A stretch of 39,351 nt of DNA from an uncultured Candidatus Saccharibacteria bacterium (GCA_937876715.1 CALEGA010000003.1:1-39351), one strand, 5' to 3'. Numbered from the stretch's first letter, positions 25,180 through 35,540 are shown. A program made the numbers and translations. Notes: generated by a model not told the origin, from the letters alone.

Positions 25180-25803
25180 ATGGCGGATACTGTAAAACTC
25201 AACAAAGAAATCTTCGACCTCAAAGTCGAAAATCACGAACTCTTAAAAGTCGTCTACGATTCCTATCTTGCCAACTCTCGCAGCTCTCACGCTAAAACCT
25301 TAAAGCGTGGCGAAGTTCGCGGTGGTGGTAAAAAACCTTGGAAACAAAAAGGCACTGGTCGCGCTCGCTTCGGCTCTACGCGCAACCCAATATGGCGCCA
25401 CGGTGGTGTCGCTTTTGGTCGCACCGGCGAAGAAAATTTCACCAAAAAGGTCGCCAAAAACAGCAAAAAGCTCGCCGTTCGCCAAGCTCTCAGCCTCAAA
25501 AAAGCTGACAAGGCAGTGTTCGTCGCCGACTTTAAAGTCACCGGCAAAACCAAGGATTTCGTTAAAATCCTCCGCGACAGCGACCTCGAAGATAAGACCG
25601 TCCTCGCCGTCACTAGCGAAAAAACTGACGAGCTCCTCCGTTCCACGGACAACCTCGCCAACGTTAAACTCGTTCGCGCGGCTTACCTCAACGTCTTCGA
25701 CATTATGAACGCCGACGCTGTCCTCTTCGACACCAAAGCTTTGAAAGTTGTCGAAACCTGGCTTCTCGGCGAAACGAAAACTGACGGAAAGGAAAGTAAA
25801 TAA
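25180..25803 (+). CDS. rplD: 50S ribosomal protein uL4
   Basis: RGEVRGGGKKPWKQKGTGRAR loop. Confidence 0.98.
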   Translation: MADTVKLNKEIFDLKVENHELLKVVYDSYLANSRSSHAKTLKRGEVRGGGKKPWKQKGTGRARFGSTRNPIWRHGGVAFGRTGEENFTKKVAKNSKKLAVRQALSLKKADKAVFVADFKVTGKTKDFVKILRDSDLEDKTVLAVTSEKTDELLRSTDNLANVKLVRAAYLNVFDIMNADAVLFDTKALKVVETWLLGETKTDGKESK

Positions 25804-25805
25804 CT

Positions 25806-26258
25806 ATGGCTAAAGACACTAAAACTACCGTCAAGACCAAAAAAGGCGAAGTCAAGGAAACTAAAGACGCTAAGATCGTCTTGAACCTCTTACAACCTCG
25901 CGCCACCGAGAAAACTTACCTCGAACAAGCTAAGCGCACTTACGCCTTCTTCGTCACCGAAGAAACTTCCAAACAAGCTATCAAGGCTCGCGTGGAAAAA
26001 GATTACAATGTCAAAGTCACTGACGTTCGCGTTTTGACTCGTAAGGGTCATTCCTGCCGCTTCAGCCGTGGTAAGCACGCCTACCCAGGCACCGCTTTCC
26101 GCAAAGACCGCAAGCTCGCTTACGTCACGCTCGCCGAGGGGAATTCAATCAAAGTCTTCGAACAACCCGAAGAAAATAAAGCAACCGACGCAAAGGAAGC
26201 CAAAGCTACTAAGAAAGTCGCTAAAGCTGACAAGAATGCCGGTAAGGAGAATAAATAA
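25806..26258 (+). CDS. rplW: 50S ribosomal protein uL23 with N- and C-terminal Lys-rich extensions
   Basis: P..TEK, Y.F.V, SKQAIK..VE..YNVKV and KLAYVTL motifs; lies between rplD and rplB. Confidence 0.93.
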   Translation: MAKDTKTTVKTKKGEVKETKDAKIVLNLLQPRATEKTYLEQAKRTYAFFVTEETSKQAIKARVEKDYNVKVTDVRVLTRKGHSCRFSRGKHAYPGTAFRKDRKLAYVTLAEGNSIKVFEQPEENKATDAKEAKATKKVAKADKNAGKENK

Positions 26259-27094
26259 TGTCAATTAAAGCCTATCGCCCGACCACTCCGGCGCAGCGCC
26301 AAAAGACGACACAGGACTTCGATCAAATCACGACGAAGAAACCCTTGAAATCTCTCACGCTTGCCAAGAAACAACAGGCGGGTAAAAACAACCAAGGCAG
26401 AATCACCGTTCGTCATCGCGGCGGTGGAGTTAAGCGCCACTATCGCCTCTTAACTCACAACTTGCCTCAAGGTCTTAAACTCACCGTCGAGGAAATCGAG
26501 TACGATCCAAATCGTAGCGCTCGCATCGCTCGCGTCAAAGACCAAGAGGGAAACTATTACTACGTCATCGCTAATACCGAAATGATCAAAGGTAGCACTT
26601 TCGAAACTGGCGAAAACGCCGCGGTCGAGACGTCTAACCGCCTCCCGCTCGCCAAAATCCCGGTCGGTACCTTTGTCTATGGCATCGAACTCACCCCAGG
26701 TAAAGGCGCTCAAATGGTTCGCGCCGCCGGTTCTTCCGCTCAGCTAATGGCTCGCGAAGACGGCTACGCCACCTTGAGAATGCCTTCTGGCGAAGTCCGC
26801 AAAGTTCTCGAAACTTGCGAAGCTTCGATCGGCACCGTCGGTAACGTCCAGCACCAAAACGTCAAAAAAGGCGCTGCTGGTCGCAATCGTCGCAAAGGTA
26901 TTCGCCCAACTGTCCGTGGTGTCGTTATGAACGCTACTGACCACCCCCACGGTGGTGGTGATGGCGGTCGTCACGGCTCCGGTAAAGCTCCTCGCACTCC
27001 GTGGGGTCAGCTCACCTTGGGTTACCGTACTCGTCATAACAAGAAAACTAATAAAATGATCGTGCGTAGTCGTCACGAAGGAAAGAGGAAATAA
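26258..27094 (+). CDS. rplB: 50S ribosomal protein uL2
   Basis: [20 protein letters not shown] and RGVVMN..DHPHGGG motifs. Confidence 0.99.
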   Translation: MSIKAYRPTTPAQRQKTTQDFDQITTKKPLKSLTLAKKQQAGKNNQGRITVRHRGGGVKRHYRLLTHNLPQGLKLTVEEIEYDPNRSARIARVKDQEGNYYYVIANTEMIKGSTFETGENAAVETSNRLPLAKIPVGTFVYGIELTPGKGAQMVRAAGSSAQLMAREDGYATLRMPSGEVRKVLETCEASIGTVGNVQHQNVKKGAAGRNRRKGIRPTVRGVVMNATDHPHGGGDGGRHGSGKAPRTPWGQLTLGYRTRHNKKTNKMIVRSRHEGKRK

Positions 27095-27387
27095 TGTCCC
27101 GTAGCATGAAAAAAGGTCCTTTCGTGGACTACAAGCTAGAGAAAAAGATTAAGGCACTCTCCCTCGAAGACCGTACCGTGATCAAGACGTGGGCGCGCCA
27201 ATCCACTATCTCCCCTGAGATGGTCGGTCGCACCATCGCCGTTCACAACGGCAAAACCCACGTCCCTGTTCTCATCAGCGAGAATATGGTCGGTCATAAG
27301 CTCGGAGAATTCGCGCCTACCCGTAAATTTAAGCGCCACGGCGGTAAAAAAGCCGCTGAAGCTGCCGCTGCGAAAGGAGACGCCTAA
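27094..27387 (+). CDS. rpsS: 30S ribosomal protein uS19
   Basis: [16 protein letters not shown] and [13 protein letters not shown] motifs. Confidence 0.98.
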   Translation: MSRSMKKGPFVDYKLEKKIKALSLEDRTVIKTWARQSTISPEMVGRTIAVHNGKTHVPVLISENMVGHKLGEFAPTRKFKRHGGKKAAEAAAAKGDA

Positions 27388-27800
27388 TGTCAACTCAGTT
27401 CGCTCACGCCTATATTAAAGGCACTGACTCTATGCCTCGCAAAACTAGCGTTGTCGCCGCCCTCGTGCGTGACCGCTACGTTTCCGACGCCGTTGTCATT
27501 TTAGAACACACCCCACGCCGCGCTGCTCGCGCCGTCCTTAAAGCGGTCGAATCCGCCAATGCCAACCTCTTGAACAAATATCCTAATATTGACACCAAGA
27601 CCGTTCGCATTGCTCGCATTTCCGTCACCGCCGGCACCCGCATCCGTCGCTACGTCCCCGCTTCCCGCGGTCGCGCTCTCCCGTTTGAAAAAGTCTCCAG
27701 CAACATCTTCGTCGAAGTCGCTGGTGAAGAGAAAGAAAAGAAAGCTTCTGAAAAGTCAGACAAAAAAGCTGACAAGAAAACAGTAAAGGAGAAAAAGTAA
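27387..27800 (+). CDS. rplV: 50S ribosomal protein uL22 with Lys-rich tail
   Basis: PRK..VVA.LVR, KAVESANAN and PASRGRA motifs; expected position. Confidence 0.95.
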   Translation: MSTQFAHAYIKGTDSMPRKTSVVAALVRDRYVSDAVVILEHTPRRAARAVLKAVESANANLLNKYPNIDTKTVRIARISVTAGTRIRRYVPASRGRALPFEKVSSNIFVEVAGEEKEKKASEKSDKKADKKTVKEKK

Positions 27801-28426
27801 TGGGACAAAAAGTTAATCCTATTTCCTATCGTCTCCAAGTCAGCAAAGATTGGTCGTCTAAATGGTACACCAAAAAGACCGACTTCAAAAACTGGCTGAT
27901 TGAAGACATTAAAATCCGCGAATACGTCGAGAACCGCTTTAACGCTCGCCCGACCATCGCGAAAGTCAACATCGAACGTTCTGCTAATCTCACCACTATC
28001 ACGATTCTCACCGCCAAAGCTGGCGCCGTCATCGGCAAGCAAGGCGCGGGCATCAACGAGATGAAAAAAGATCTCGAAAAAATGGTGGCTGGTCCGATTC
28101 GCATCAACGTCGAAGAAGTTAAAAAACCTGAACTCAACGCCAAGCTCGTCGCCGAGAACATCGGCTTCCAGCTCGGTAAGCGTATGAACTTCCGCCGCGC
28201 CGTCAAGATGGCTTGCCAATCTACGATGGCTGCTGGCGCACAAGGTGTCCGCATCGAGGTCTCCGGTCGCCTCAACAACGCCGAAATGTCTCGCCGCGAA
28301 AAGTTTATCGAAGGCTCCGTGCCTCTTCATACTCTCCGCGCCGACATCGACTTCCACTGCCACCACGCTCAGACCATCGCCGGTATCATTGGTGTTAAAG
28401 TTTGGATTTACAAAGGGGAGAAATAA
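27800..28426 (+). CDS. rpsC: 30S ribosomal protein uS3
   Basis: MGQKVNP, VIGKQG, SGRL, PLHTLRADID and GVKVWI motifs. Confidence 0.98.
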   Translation: MGQKVNPISYRLQVSKDWSSKWYTKKTDFKNWLIEDIKIREYVENRFNARPTIAKVNIERSANLTTITILTAKAGAVIGKQGAGINEMKKDLEKMVAGPIRINVEEVKKPELNAKLVAENIGFQLGKRMNFRRAVKMACQSTMAAGAQGVRIEVSGRLNNAEMSRREKFIEGSVPLHTLRADIDFHCHHAQTIAGIIGVKVWIYKGEK

Positions 28427-28428
28427 CT

Positions 28429-28848
28429 ATGGCACTTTTACTTCCTAAGAAAACCGCTCACCGCAAGGTGCGCAAGGGCAAAAACGAAGGCATCGCCACT
28501 CGCTGCAATACTGTTGCGTTCGGCGACTACGGTCTGATGGCTCTCCAAAACGAGCGCGTCACTTCCCGCCAAATCGAAGCTGCCCGTCAAGCCATCACCC
28601 GCTACATTAAGCGCGGTGGTAAAATCTGGATTCGCATTTTCCCGCACACTCCGGTCACCAAAAAACCGCTCGATGTCAAAATGGGTAGCGGTAAAGGTGA
28701 ACCACAATATTTCGTGGCTAAGGTAAAAGCCGGTACCGTTATGTTCGAAATCGCTGACGTTACCGAAGCCGAGGCTAAGGAAGCCCTCCGCCTCGCTGGT
28801 CACAAATTACCGGTTCGTACAAAAATTATTAAGAAAGAGGAGTTCTAA
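28429..28848 (+). CDS. rplP: 50S ribosomal protein uL16
   Basis: [24 protein letters not shown] and HKLP motifs; GGGGAG SD before ATG 28429. Confidence 0.98.
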   Translation: MALLLPKKTAHRKVRKGKNEGIATRCNTVAFGDYGLMALQNERVTSRQIEAARQAITRYIKRGGKIWIRIFPHTPVTKKPLDVKMGSGKGEPQYFVAKVKAGTVMFEIADVTEAEAKEALRLAGHKLPVRTKIIKKEEF

Positions 28849-28850
28849 TT

Positions 28851-29174
28851 ATGGCACACACATTAATCGGGCTCGTTTCCTCCGATAAACGTGACAAGAC
28901 CATTACCGTCTCCATCGAAAATCGCGAAACCCACCCGCTCTACCGCAAGCAGTACACGAAAACTCGTAAATATACTGCTCACGACGAAAAGAATGAGGCT
29001 CACGTCGGCGACAAGGTCGAAATCGCCGCTTGCCGTCCACTCAGCAAAACCAAATCTTTCAAACTCGTGAAAGTCTTGGAACGCTCTCACGGCTCCGTCG
29101 AGCTTAAAGAAGACGTCACCGACGTTCTCGGCGAAAACAAACCTGAGACCGAAGCTGACGAAGGAGAGAAATAA
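28851..29174 (+). CDS. rpsQ: 30S ribosomal protein uS17
   Basis: G.VSSDK.DKTI, HPLY.K, AHDE and RPLSKTK motifs; acidic C-terminal tail. Confidence 0.97.
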   Translation: MAHTLIGLVSSDKRDKTITVSIENRETHPLYRKQYTKTRKYTAHDEKNEAHVGDKVEIAACRPLSKTKSFKLVKVLERSHGSVELKEDVTDVLGENKPETEADEGEK

Positions 29175-29542
29175 TGATTCAACAAGAAACAAGATTAAAG
29201 GTTGCCGACAACAGTGGCGCCAAGGAACTCGGAGTCATCCGCGTTCTCGGCGGCACCCGTGCTCGCTACGCTCGTGTTGGTGACATCGTGACCTGCTCGG
29301 TCAAAGATGCCTCCCCAACCGGCGCCGTCAAGAAAAAAGCCGTCGTCCGTGCCGTTATCGTCCGCACTCGTCAACAAATTCGCCGTCCCGATGGCTCCAC
29401 CATCCGCTTCGATGACAACGCCGCCGTGCTTGTCAACGACGACAAGACCCCTCGCGGTACCCGCGTATTCGGACCCGTTCCTCGCGAGCTTCGCGACCTC
29501 GGCTTCAGCAAAATCATCAGCTTAGCACCGGAGGTACTCTAA
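29174..29542 (+). CDS. rplN: 50S ribosomal protein uL14
   Basis: [17 protein letters not shown] and [10 protein letters not shown] motifs. Confidence 0.99.
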   Translation: MIQQETRLKVADNSGAKELGVIRVLGGTRARYARVGDIVTCSVKDASPTGAVKKKAVVRAVIVRTRQQIRRPDGSTIRFDDNAAVLVNDDKTPRGTRVFGPVPRELRDLGFSKIISLAPEVL

Positions 29543-29543
29543 T

Positions 29544-30128
29544 ATGGCTACTAAGAAAACAGATGCAAAATACATCCCACGCTTAAAAGAGCTTTACAAC
29601 TCCGAAGCTAAGAACTTGCAAAAAGAATTAAACCTTAAAAACATCAACGAGCTCCCGCAACTCGAAAAAGTTGTCGTCTCCGCTGGCGTCGGCAAAAAAC
29701 GTGAAGACAAGCGCTTCACCGAAACCGTCGTTCTCACCCTCGAGAAAATTACCGGTCAGGCTCCGACCTCCCGCCTTGCTAAGAAGTCCATCGCGACTTT
29801 CAAAATCCGCAAAGGTATGGGCGCTCCTGTCGGCTACCTCGTCACTTTGAGAAACGACAAGATGTACGAATTTGTTGACCGCCTTATCAACGTCGCGCTC
29901 CCACACGTCCGCGACTTCCACGGCGTCCCGACCACTTCGTTCGACAAGCAAGGGAACTACTCCCTCGGTCTCCGCGAGCAAACTGTCTTCCCAGAAATCA
30001 CTTTCGAAGACTCCGCTGTGCTCCACGGTCTCGAGATCACCTTTATTATTAAAAATGGCTCCAAGGAAGGAAGCAAAAAGTTGTTAGAAATGTTTGGTAT
30101 GCCGTTTGAGAGAAAGGAGAACAACTAA
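29544..30128 (+). CDS. rplE: 50S ribosomal protein uL5
   Basis: [25 protein letters not shown] and FD..GNYSLG motifs. Confidence 0.98.
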   Translation: MATKKTDAKYIPRLKELYNSEAKNLQKELNLKNINELPQLEKVVVSAGVGKKREDKRFTETVVLTLEKITGQAPTSRLAKKSIATFKIRKGMGAPVGYLVTLRNDKMYEFVDRLINVALPHVRDFHGVPTTSFDKQGNYSLGLREQTVFPEITFEDSAVLHGLEITFIIKNGSKEGSKKLLEMFGMPFERKENN

Positions 30129-30397
30129 TGGCTAAGAAATCCGCCGTTCTCCGCGATCAAAAACGCGCCGAAATGTACAAAAAATATAAAGCAAAGCACG
30201 ACGAGCTCAAAGCCGCTGGCGACCTCGAAGGTCTCCAAAAGCTCCCTCGCAACGCTTCGGTCACGCGTCTCAAAAACCGTGATATGCTCGACGGTCGTCC
30301 TCGTGGCTATATGCGCCGCTTCGGTATGAGCCGTATTACCTTCCGTGAAAAAGCCTCCAAGGGTGAAATCCCTGGTGTAACTAAGAGTAGCTGGTAG
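30128..30397 (+). CDS. rpsN: 30S ribosomal protein uS14, 89-aa zinc-free form
   Basis: [31 protein letters not shown] and PGVTKSSW motifs; no Cys. Confidence 0.97.
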   Translation: MAKKSAVLRDQKRAEMYKKYKAKHDELKAAGDLEGLQKLPRNASVTRLKNRDMLDGRPRGYMRRFGMSRITFREKASKGEIPGVTKSSW

Positions 30398-30414
30398 GAG
30401 AAAGGAGAAGAAAT

Positions 30415-30816
30415 ATGTCTATTCAATCAACTGACCAAATCGCTGACCTCTTAACGAGAATCCGCAACAGCTTGATGGTAGGGAAAAACGAAATCTATCT
30501 CCCGACCAGTAAGCTCAAAGTCGCCGTCGTTGACGCTTTGAAAAAAGCTGGCTACCTCGCCGACTACGAACTGATTGACCACGCGCCTCGCGCCGTCCTC
30601 CACATCACCATCGCGGAGAGCGGTAAAGTCGCCACCATCCACGAAATCGAAAAGGTTTCTAAGCCAGGTCGCCGTGTTTACGTCGCCGCTGACGAAATCC
30701 CGAAGATTAAGTCTGGTCGCGGCCTCGTCCTCGTCTCCACCTCTAAAGGTATTATGACCGGTCGCGAAGCCGCTAAAAACCGCCTCGGTGGGGAACTCCT
30801 CGTCAAAGTTTGGTAA
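30415..30816 (+). CDS. rpsH: 30S ribosomal protein uS8
   Basis: D.IADLLTRIRN, SKPGRRVY, STSKG and GGEL motifs. Confidence 0.98.
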   Translation: MSIQSTDQIADLLTRIRNSLMVGKNEIYLPTSKLKVAVVDALKKAGYLADYELIDHAPRAVLHITIAESGKVATIHEIEKVSKPGRRVYVAADEIPKIKSGRGLVLVSTSKGIMTGREAAKNRLGGELLVKVW

Positions 30817-30828
30817 TCTGTTATCAAC

Positions 30829-30861
30829 AAAAATCACCTCTGTTCAACAGGGGTGATTTTT
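30829..30861 (+). terminator. Terminator ending the r-protein operon after rpsH
   Basis: AAAAATCACCTCTGTT-c-AACAGGGGTGATTTTT. Confidence 0.88.
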
Positions 30862-30872
30862 ATATCACACTA

Positions 30873-30901
30873 TTGACAAAATATCAAGCTTGTGCTATAA
30901 T
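30873..30901 (+). promoter_or_regulatory. Consensus sigma70 promoter for orphan gene 30964
   Basis: TTGACA, 17 nt, TG-C-TATAAT. Confidence 0.85.
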
Positions 30902-30963
30902 ACAGGCAGAGTTTGGCTAGCGGCATCGCCGTAAATACAGAGTCAAACTGGAAGGGGATTAAA

Positions 30964-31467
30964 ATGGGTAAATTACTGAACGACCTCCGCGAATACCACG
31001 CTATGCACCGTCAAGCTTCCGCCGATTGGTACGCCTACAAGGGGATCATCCTGAGCGACCCGCGCTTCGCAAGTCGCGAGGACATTCTCCGGGCGCGCGA
31101 TATGGTGGACAATTTCGAGGCGGGCTCCTACTTCGGAGAAATCGAAGATCTGACCTGCAAGGGTCGCAGTCTCATCATTCTCATCGGCGCCCTCATCGCT
31201 GTCCTGCCCGTCATTCTGGTCGGGCACTGGCTCGCCGGTCTTCTCGGTCTCGCGGACTTCTCCGCCGCCTATGCCGGAGTCCTCGGCGGCACGCTTCTCA
31301 TTCTCGGCAGCGCCTGGGCAATCGCCTACAATCATTTTATGAACGTCATTGCCAAGCTGACGATGAAACACCGCGTCAAGAAACTTCAAGCCTGGATCGA
31401 CAAAGCCGGCCGCGAGGCCATCCTCGACAACTACCAAGAAGAGTTCCTTGAACTCACCACCGACTAA
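30964..31467 (+). CDS. Hypothetical membrane protein (2 TM helices)
   Basis: Two hydrophobic segments; AAGGGG SD before ATG 30964; own promoter and terminator. Confidence 0.8.
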   Translation: MGKLLNDLREYHAMHRQASADWYAYKGIILSDPRFASREDILRARDMVDNFEAGSYFGEIEDLTCKGRSLIILIGALIAVLPVILVGHWLAGLLGLADFSAAYAGVLGGTLLILGSAWAIAYNHFMNVIAKLTMKHRVKKLQAWIDKAGREAILDNYQEEFLELTTD

Positions 31468-31485
31468 CTTAAACCCCCGCACCTT

Positions 31486-31512
31486 AAAACCCCGCCGTAA
31501 AAAGCGGGGTTA
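31486..31512. terminator. Probable bidirectional terminator
   Basis: AACCCCGC-cgtaaaaa-GCGGGGTT between convergent genes. Confidence 0.7.
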
Positions 31513-31527
31513 TCTTTTATCAAAAAC

Positions 31528-33045
31528 CTAATTTATCTTCTCACGCACCAGTTTCTCGGTGCCTTTTTCATCTTTCGCAAAATAATACAGCCACCGATTA
31601 TTCCCAGAAATCACCACTTTCCGCCCTGTCAAAACACCGTCAAAAACCAACACGCGCTCGTTCAGCCCATCATAATCCAACACGCTCAGCTTCCCCTCTT
31701 TCAACCGATACCGCAAGTACTCATCCACCCACGCCGTGCCAGCCGCATCCACCTTCGTCGTCTTCATCGCCTCAATATCAAACACCTCGTCCTCGCCATT
31801 CACTCCCACCAGCTCAAACACCATCCCTTTCCCCCGCTTCTTCAAACTCGCCACCTCAAACCCGACTTCCTCCTCAAACACTTTTTCCATCTCCTCGTCG
31901 CCAGCCACCCACCCCAGCTTACGATATACCACAAACTTCCCCTCGCTCACCACCCCCACATAGCTCTCCTGAAAATACTTCATCGTCGCCAGCTTCGCGT
32001 TCTTTCCCACCTCCGCCACCAAATACGCCTCTTCCTCCCCCACGCGATACGCCATCAACCGCCCTTTCTCGTCCAAAAACACCACTTTCTCCGCATCATT
32101 ATCAAACCGCACCACCCCCTCTCGCAGCACTTCGCTTAGCTTCTTATCTCTCACACTCATCTCGAACAGCGCCTTTTTCTCGTCCAAAATCAACAATCTG
32201 TCCCCCGCCTCACTCTCAAATTTAATATCAGAAATCGCCATTTTTGCGCAACTCGCGACCGCGCTCTCATCACACTTCGACCCCTGTTCCGTCGCGTCTT
32301 TCACCAAAATTTCCTCCAGCCACACCGTCTCTTTCACGTTCCTCACGTCAACCACCGCCCACTTCTCGTTCACCTTTGCCAGCAACCGCTCGCTATTCCC
32401 ACTCCATTCCGCTCCCGCAACTGTTGTAATTTTCACAACATTCCCATTAACATCCGTTAGAGCAAGCGCTTTTTGCTCCGGCTTATTCTCGTTCAAATTC
32501 AACATATACATCACCCCGCCCTGCACCAAAACCATCCGCTCATTATTCGGCGACGTCGTCACAAAGCTCACTTTCCCCGTCGGCACCGCCTCTGTCGCCG
32601 CCGCATCCGCCGTCTCCGCAAACGCCACCACGTCCTCTTTCTCGCGGTCTTCCTTAAACAACCGCGGATAATTCAACCGATAAATCATCCCCTCCGTCAC
32701 ATTAATCGTCTTTTTCCACCCATCGAACCCGCCGCGCGCCAAAGAAATCTCGTGCTCGCCCGCCAGCATCGTCCGGCTCGCATTAGTTGACAATAACAGC
32801 GGCGCCTCCCCGTCAATATAAATCGTCGCTCCCGTCGGCAAACTAGAAATCTGCACCAAACCCGACCGCTCCACCACCTCACCCGTCCCGCCAATCTCGC
32901 GCAAGTTAAACGAATACCCCATCACCACCAGCGTCAAAAACCCGACTAATAGCACCACCGAAAGAAACATCAGTGTCTCCGTAAAAATCAACCGCCGATG
33001 CTGTTGGCGCGCCAATCGCTCACGTTCATCTAAAATTTTGCGCAT
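31528..33045 (-). CDS. Membrane-anchored PEGA-domain protein with probable beta-propeller
   Basis: N-terminal TM, GLVQISSLPTGATIYIDG...GEHEISLARGGFDGWKKTINV (PEGA), then SPNNER/WSGNSER/SGNNRW propeller-like repeats. Confidence 0.85.
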   Translation of the reverse strand: MRKILDERERLARQQHRRLIFTETLMFLSVVLLVGFLTLVVMGYSFNLREIGGTGEVVERSGLVQISSLPTGATIYIDGEAPLLLSTNASRTMLAGEHEISLARGGFDGWKKTINVTEGMIYRLNYPRLFKEDREKEDVVAFAETADAAATEAVPTGKVSFVTTSPNNERMVLVQGGVMYMLNLNENKPEQKALALTDVNGNVVKITTVAGAEWSGNSERLLAKVNEKWAVVDVRNVKETVWLEEILVKDATEQGSKCDESAVASCAKMAISDIKFESEAGDRLLILDEKKALFEMSVRDKKLSEVLREGVVRFDNDAEKVVFLDEKGRLMAYRVGEEEAYLVAEVGKNAKLATMKYFQESYVGVVSEGKFVVYRKLGWVAGDEEMEKVFEEEVGFEVASLKKRGKGMVFELVGVNGEDEVFDIEAMKTTKVDAAGTAWVDEYLRYRLKEGKLSVLDYDGLNERVLVFDGVLTGRKVVISGNNRWLYYFAKDEKGTEKLVREKIN

Positions 33046-33163
33046 ATATATATATTCTTTACCACAAATTATACCATAAAAATTTCCAAAAAATACTCTT
33101 GCTTTTCTAAACCGCTTAAATTATTATAGATATAAGTATTTTAAAGCGAGGTTAATTTTAATT

Positions 33164-34039
33164 ATGGATAAAGATCAAAGCCAAGAGCGAATTACCGTTT
33201 CGAGCTCCGCGTCCCACCGCCGAGTCCAACGTTCGACCACTTTGAACCGTAAATATGTCAAAAAACCAGAAAAAGTCGTCGCGGTTGACTCTGTTGCTAA
33301 GCGCCGTGCGGACGATTTGAAACGTCGCCAGGCTCTCGCTGACAAGATTAACCGTGAACGCCTCGCTGCCCTTAAAGCCGGCAAAACTCTGCGCGAAGCT
33401 GCCGCTACTCCCGCCGCGCCAAAGCCTCTCTCCGCCACTATTGAAAAGAACCTCGTCAGCAACACCAAAACCGAAAAAGCCAAGGCAGTTAAAGACAGCG
33501 CTGTCAAGTCCGCGCTCAAATCCGTCGCCACGTTAGAAACCGAGTCTAAGCCCGCCAAAGGCATCTCCACCAAGCGCTCTCTCGGCGCCAAGAAACTTCT
33601 CCTCGCTTTCGGTTGTGCCGCCCTCGCTGTCGGTGTCGTTGGTTACTTCGTCTCCGTCAACACCCCCGACATCTCCGTCCGTGTCGCCGCCATGCAAACC
33701 GGCATCGACGCCACCTACCCGACCTACATTCCTCGCGGCTACTCTCTCTCCGACATCGTCTCCGAAGACAAGAAAATCTCGATGACTTTCTCCTCCTCCG
33801 ACAACACCTCTTTCACCCTCAGCGAAGAAAAATCCTCCTGGGATAACGAAACTCTCGAAGCCAGCTACGTCAAACAAACTTGGGGGAACAACTACACCTC
33901 CGTCCGCGAACAGGGCATCACCATCTTCATCTCCGGCTCTAACGCCGCCTGGATTAACGGCAACATTCTCTATAAAATCGACGCCTCCGGCAACAATCTC
34001 ACCAAGAAACAAATCAAATCCATTGTCACCAGCCTCTAA
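33164..34039 (+). CDS. Hypothetical single-pass membrane protein (possible DUF4367-like C-terminus)
   Basis: Basic N-terminus, one TM, then PTYIPRGY...W..GNILY.I......TKKQI..I..SL. Confidence 0.8.
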   Translation: MDKDQSQERITVSSSASHRRVQRSTTLNRKYVKKPEKVVAVDSVAKRRADDLKRRQALADKINRERLAALKAGKTLREAAATPAAPKPLSATIEKNLVSNTKTEKAKAVKDSAVKSALKSVATLETESKPAKGISTKRSLGAKKLLLAFGCAALAVGVVGYFVSVNTPDISVRVAAMQTGIDATYPTYIPRGYSLSDIVSEDKKISMTFSSSDNTSFTLSEEKSSWDNETLEASYVKQTWGNNYTSVREQGITIFISGSNAAWINGNILYKIDASGNNLTKKQIKSIVTSL

Positions 34040-34058
34040 TTATTGTATAATTTAGGGT

Positions 34059-35540
34059 ATGGAAAAGATTATTACTCGTTTTGCACCGTCTCCCACGGGC
34101 TACATTCACATCGGCAACGTCAGGAGCGCGATTTACCCATACCTCGCCGCTAAACAATCTGGTGGCACTTTCATCTTACGCATTGAAGACACCGACCAAG
34201 CTCGCTTCGTCGAAGGCGCAACCGAGTTAATCGAAGACACTCTCAAATGGCTCGGTCTCGAATGGGACGAGGGTCCCGAAGTCGGCGGCGACCACTCGCC
34301 ATACTTCCAAAGCCAAAGAAAAGACCTCTACCAAACTTGGGCAAAAAAGTTAATCGAACAAGGTCGTGCCTATGCTGACCCCACCGACAGCGACACTATT
34401 CAGCAATACCGCGACGCCGACAACACCAAAAAAGTCCCCTATCTCTACCGTAACCACCGCCCAAAGGAAGCCGACCTAGACCCGTCAGAAATCCTCCAAA
34501 ACTGGCACGAAGGCACGCCAATCCGCTTCAAGGCAGACCCCAAACCGCGTAAGTGGCACGACGAAGTAATGGGTGACCTCCACGCCGGTCCTGAAGTCCA
34601 AGACGACATCATCTTGATTAAAAAAGACGGTCTCCCTACTTACAACTTCGCTCACATCGTTGACGACTTCCTAATGAACGTCAATATGGTCGCTCGCGGC
34701 GTCGAATACCTTTCCAGCACCCCGAACTACCTCGCTCTCTACGAAGCTTTCGGCATCGACCAACCTCTCCTCGTCTCCCTCCCACACATCCTAGCGCCTC
34801 AAGGCAACAAAAAACTCGGCAAGCGCGACGGCGCCAAATCCGTCACCGAATACCGCAAAGACGGCGTCCTCCCCGAAGCAATGCTCAACTACCTCGCCTG
34901 CCTCGGCTGGAACGACGGCACTGAACAAGAAATCTACACTAAAGACGAACTCATCAAAAAGTTCTCCCTCGACCGCATCCAAAACTCCGGCGCCCGCTAC
35001 GACGAAGTCAAACTCCTCTGGATGAACGGGCAATGGATTCGCAAACTCGTTGACGAACAGGGGATCGATGCGTTCTATCCCCGCACCGAGGGCTTCTGGC
35101 CCGACTCCGCTAAAAACTTCAGTGATGACTACAAAAAACAAGTCCTCAGCATCATCTACGACCGCCTCAAAACCCTCTCCGACCTCCGCGAAATGACCGG
35201 CTACTTCTTCGCCGACCCCGCGTTCGACATCGAACAACTTTTAAACAACAAATTCGTCCGCAAGCTCTCCGAACAAGAAATGACCGACTTACTCCAACTC
35301 ACGATCGACAAACTCCAAGCCCTCAAAACTTGGAACGAAACAGCTCTCAAAGAAACGCTCAATAACTTACTAGCCGAAACCGGTAAAAAACCCGCCGAAC
35401 TTTTCTCCCTCATTCGCATCTCCGTCTCTTTCGCTCCGTTCTCGCCCGCGCTCGACTTAACCCTGAACGTCCTCAGCAAAGACGTCACTTTAGCACGCCT
35501 CAACAAAGTCAAACAATCCCTCGTCCTCGACCAACAATAA
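34059..35540 (+). CDS. gltX: Glutamate--tRNA ligase
   Basis: RFAPSPTGYIHIGN, LRIEDTD, DGLPTYNFAH.VDD and KKLGKRDGA motifs. Confidence 0.98.
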   Translation: MEKIITRFAPSPTGYIHIGNVRSAIYPYLAAKQSGGTFILRIEDTDQARFVEGATELIEDTLKWLGLEWDEGPEVGGDHSPYFQSQRKDLYQTWAKKLIEQGRAYADPTDSDTIQQYRDADNTKKVPYLYRNHRPKEADLDPSEILQNWHEGTPIRFKADPKPRKWHDEVMGDLHAGPEVQDDIILIKKDGLPTYNFAHIVDDFLMNVNMVARGVEYLSSTPNYLALYEAFGIDQPLLVSLPHILAPQGNKKLGKRDGAKSVTEYRKDGVLPEAMLNYLACLGWNDGTEQEIYTKDELIKKFSLDRIQNSGARYDEVKLLWMNGQWIRKLVDEQGIDAFYPRTEGFWPDSAKNFSDDYKKQVLSIIYDRLKTLSDLREMTGYFFADPAFDIEQLLNNKFVRKLSEQEMTDLLQLTIDKLQALKTWNETALKETLNNLLAETGKKPAELFSLIRISVSFAPFSPALDLTLNVLSKDVTLARLNKVKQSLVLDQQ

